Part shown: positions 23,608-25,114 of the stretch, in pieces
How positions within the stretch are numbered: the first letter of the stretch is position 1
Layout: the number at the start of each line of letters is the position of its first letter
Virus record (IMG/VR): IMGVR_UViG_3300044448_002050
Coordinates: 1-25,114 of that record
Strand: one strand, 5' to 3'
Source: a virus
Taxonomy: Duplodnaviria; Caudoviricetes
Length of the DNA: 25,114 nucleotides
The notes under the pieces: generated by a model
Seen by the model: only the letters and a program-made list of their open reading frames with translations
Database searches by the model: none
What the model was told of the DNA's origin: nothing
Position numbers and translations under genes: made by a program

Positions 23608-25113
23608 TCACGATTTATCCTTACCAGCCATAGGCTGCATTTGCTGCGCTTGCATTTGTGAGGATCGCTCTTCTTCAAATTTCTCTAGGATTTCCCTTCC
23701 TGCATCCATGTCGGAAAGCTCTACATAGAGCGGGAATAAACTCGAAAATCCATTCCTGACAAGTTCGCCCACCTGCTGCGCTTTGGCAGCTTTCATTGTA
23801 GGTGAGTTCTCGCCCTTATCAAGAACAATATCAAATTCAAATTTTTCAAAGTTGGTTAAAAACCTTGCTATAGTCTCATTAATAACTGCTAATTCTTCAG
23901 GAGACTCTGCTTTTTCGGTTTCTGCACCAATAATTCTTTTAATTTTATCTGGAGTATAAAATTGTTGCATATTTTTCAATGCCTGCATCAGAACAGTGGT
24001 CTTAGTCATATCTAAGTTTTCCATCTGCTCTTGCAAGGTCATCATACCTTGTCGTATTCTGGTCTGGGCAGCAATACCACTTTCTTTTGTTGATGTAGCA
24101 ATACCCATCATAGGATCAGTAGCACCACTAATTTCTTTGGCATCAAACTCCGCCTTTTGTTCCATAGCAGCAATACTACCTACGATAGAAAGGTGAGAGT
24201 TTGACCATTGTTGCATAAAATCTGTTACTCTTCCTTTAAAGCCAGGAATACCAATCCACCTACCTGATGTAGATGCTTCATTCATTTCTTCCTGTGAAAC
24301 CTTATTACCAGCGAATACACCACCACCTCTAGGTGATCGGTTAATAATATCTAACATCTGTGAACGTCTTTTATCTTTTTCACGCTGTGGGTCTTTCATA
24401 TTTTCTACAATACCAAAGGTTTCAATATAATCGCCCATATCTTCAAAGTGATAAAAGTAAGGAATCAACGGAAATTCGTTGTGCATATACGGATTTTTCT
24501 TTTTTTCCTGTAAAATGTGCATACCAGCCGATAAAGTCACATAGGTTTTGGGAACTACCCTGCTAATAACACCAAAATCTGTTCTCATAGGTACGTTTGC
24601 AGCCTCTTCAAGAGCTTGTAACTCTTTAATTTGCTTTTCTGCTGCTCTTTTTGTGTTAAAACCGTTAGGAGAAATTCTTGCAGAGGCTTTATTAATAATA
24701 AAATGCTCTTTTTCGTACTCTCTGTTCCACATTTCTAAGACTCTGACCTTTCTATGAGCAGGATCTAAATGATATGCAGGGTTAATCGGTTCAGCATTAC
24801 GGTAATAACTACCAATTTCTTCTCCGATTTCGGCAGGTAAATCCATAAAACTATCTATAGTTTCTAATTCTCCTACTGCATCTGGGTACATAGAGCGTAA
24901 CTGATTTAAAGTTAGGTACTTAGTACGCGCTAAATAATTCCAATCTTTTGTATCTGGAGTTCTACATTCAGGATCTATATGAACATTTGCCCACGACTCT
25001 CTTTTGATTGTCAATTCACCGTCATAATATTTCCCTGGTTCTACACATACATCAATCCAGCCTCTTCCTGTAATCACACCATCTTTAAATACGCGACTGA
25101 ATAAGCTCTGATC
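23608..25113 (-). CDS. Portal protein (P22 gp1-like), 5'-truncated by window edge
   Basis: G.GW, FPLIPY, GIVENMKDPQRE.DKRRS and SGIA...R..QG motifs. The frame stays open upstream of 25077 to the window edge (DQSLFSRVFKDGV). Confidence 0.9.
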   Translation of the reverse strand, partial: DQSLFSRVFKDGVITGRGWIDVCVEPGKYYDGELTIKRESWANVHIDPECRTPDTKDWNYLARTKYLTLNQLRSMYPDAVGELETIDSFMDLPAEIGEEIGSYYRNAEPINPAYHLDPAHRKVRVLEMWNREYEKEHFIINKASARISPNGFNTKRAAEKQIKELQALEEAANVPMRTDFGVISRVVPKTYVTLSAGMHILQEKKKNPYMHNEFPLIPYFYHFEDMGDYIETFGIVENMKDPQREKDKRRSQMLDIINRSPRGGGVFAGNKVSQEEMNEASTSGRWIGIPGFKGRVTDFMQQWSNSHLSIVGSIAAMEQKAEFDAKEISGATDPMMGIATSTKESGIAAQTRIRQGMMTLQEQMENLDMTKTTVLMQALKNMQQFYTPDKIKRIIGAETEKAESPEELAVINETIARFLTNFEKFEFDIVLDKGENSPTMKAAKAQQVGELVRNGFSSLFPLYVELSDMDAGREILEKFEEERSSQMQAQQMQPMAGKDKS

Positions 25114-25114
25114 C

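Larger units (their letters stand above)
1..25114. mobile_element. Temperate podovirus-like bacteriophage genome segment (free/excised form)
   Basis: Contiguous portal, scaffold, capsid, tail, ejection, lysis, attP, integrase, repressor, xis and early genes. No host housekeeping genes. The att site has phage genes on both sides. Confidence 0.96.

Noticed and set aside
543-24757. Plus-strand ORFs in the track other than 3894..4736 and 4748..5707
   Set aside because: They are antisense shadows of well-supported minus-strand genes, with no SD or recognisable motifs.
1-25114. Genome-wide TAG reassignment (alternative genetic code)
   Set aside because: Only one interrupting TAG was seen. Several genes end sensibly at TAG, and the long genes are intact in the standard code.

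Overview
The whole window is a segment of an AT-rich temperate, podovirus-like dsDNA phage genome in its free (unintegrated) form. Reading the minus strand from the right end gives the late operon: P22-like portal (partial), scaffold, cement/decoration protein, N4-gp56-type major capsid protein, adaptor, nozzle, three ejection/internal virion proteins (the largest has an LPD38-like C-terminus), a head-spike base, an S74-chaperone fibre and a lysis cassette of small membrane proteins ending in a lysozyme-like endolysin. Next comes an intact attP, then a plus-strand repressor-integrase pair, then a divergent xis-like gene heading a minus-strand early operon (exonuclease, SSB-like protein, Zn-finger, nucleases, Hjc-type resolvase). 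The lysogeny module is the most interesting part. (1) The CI-like repressor has no S24 autopeptidase and instead carries a coiled coil plus a PAS-like C-terminal domain, with a possible internal start that would make an HTH-less isoform. (2) attP carries the 5' half of tRNA-Cys(GCA), not the usual 3' half, flanked by two pairs of arm-type repeats. Also seen: a nuclease gene split by one in-frame TAG, two intergenic regions with nested base-pairing, and several small genes missing from the ORF track. All family assignments come from motif recognition by eye, not from database searches.
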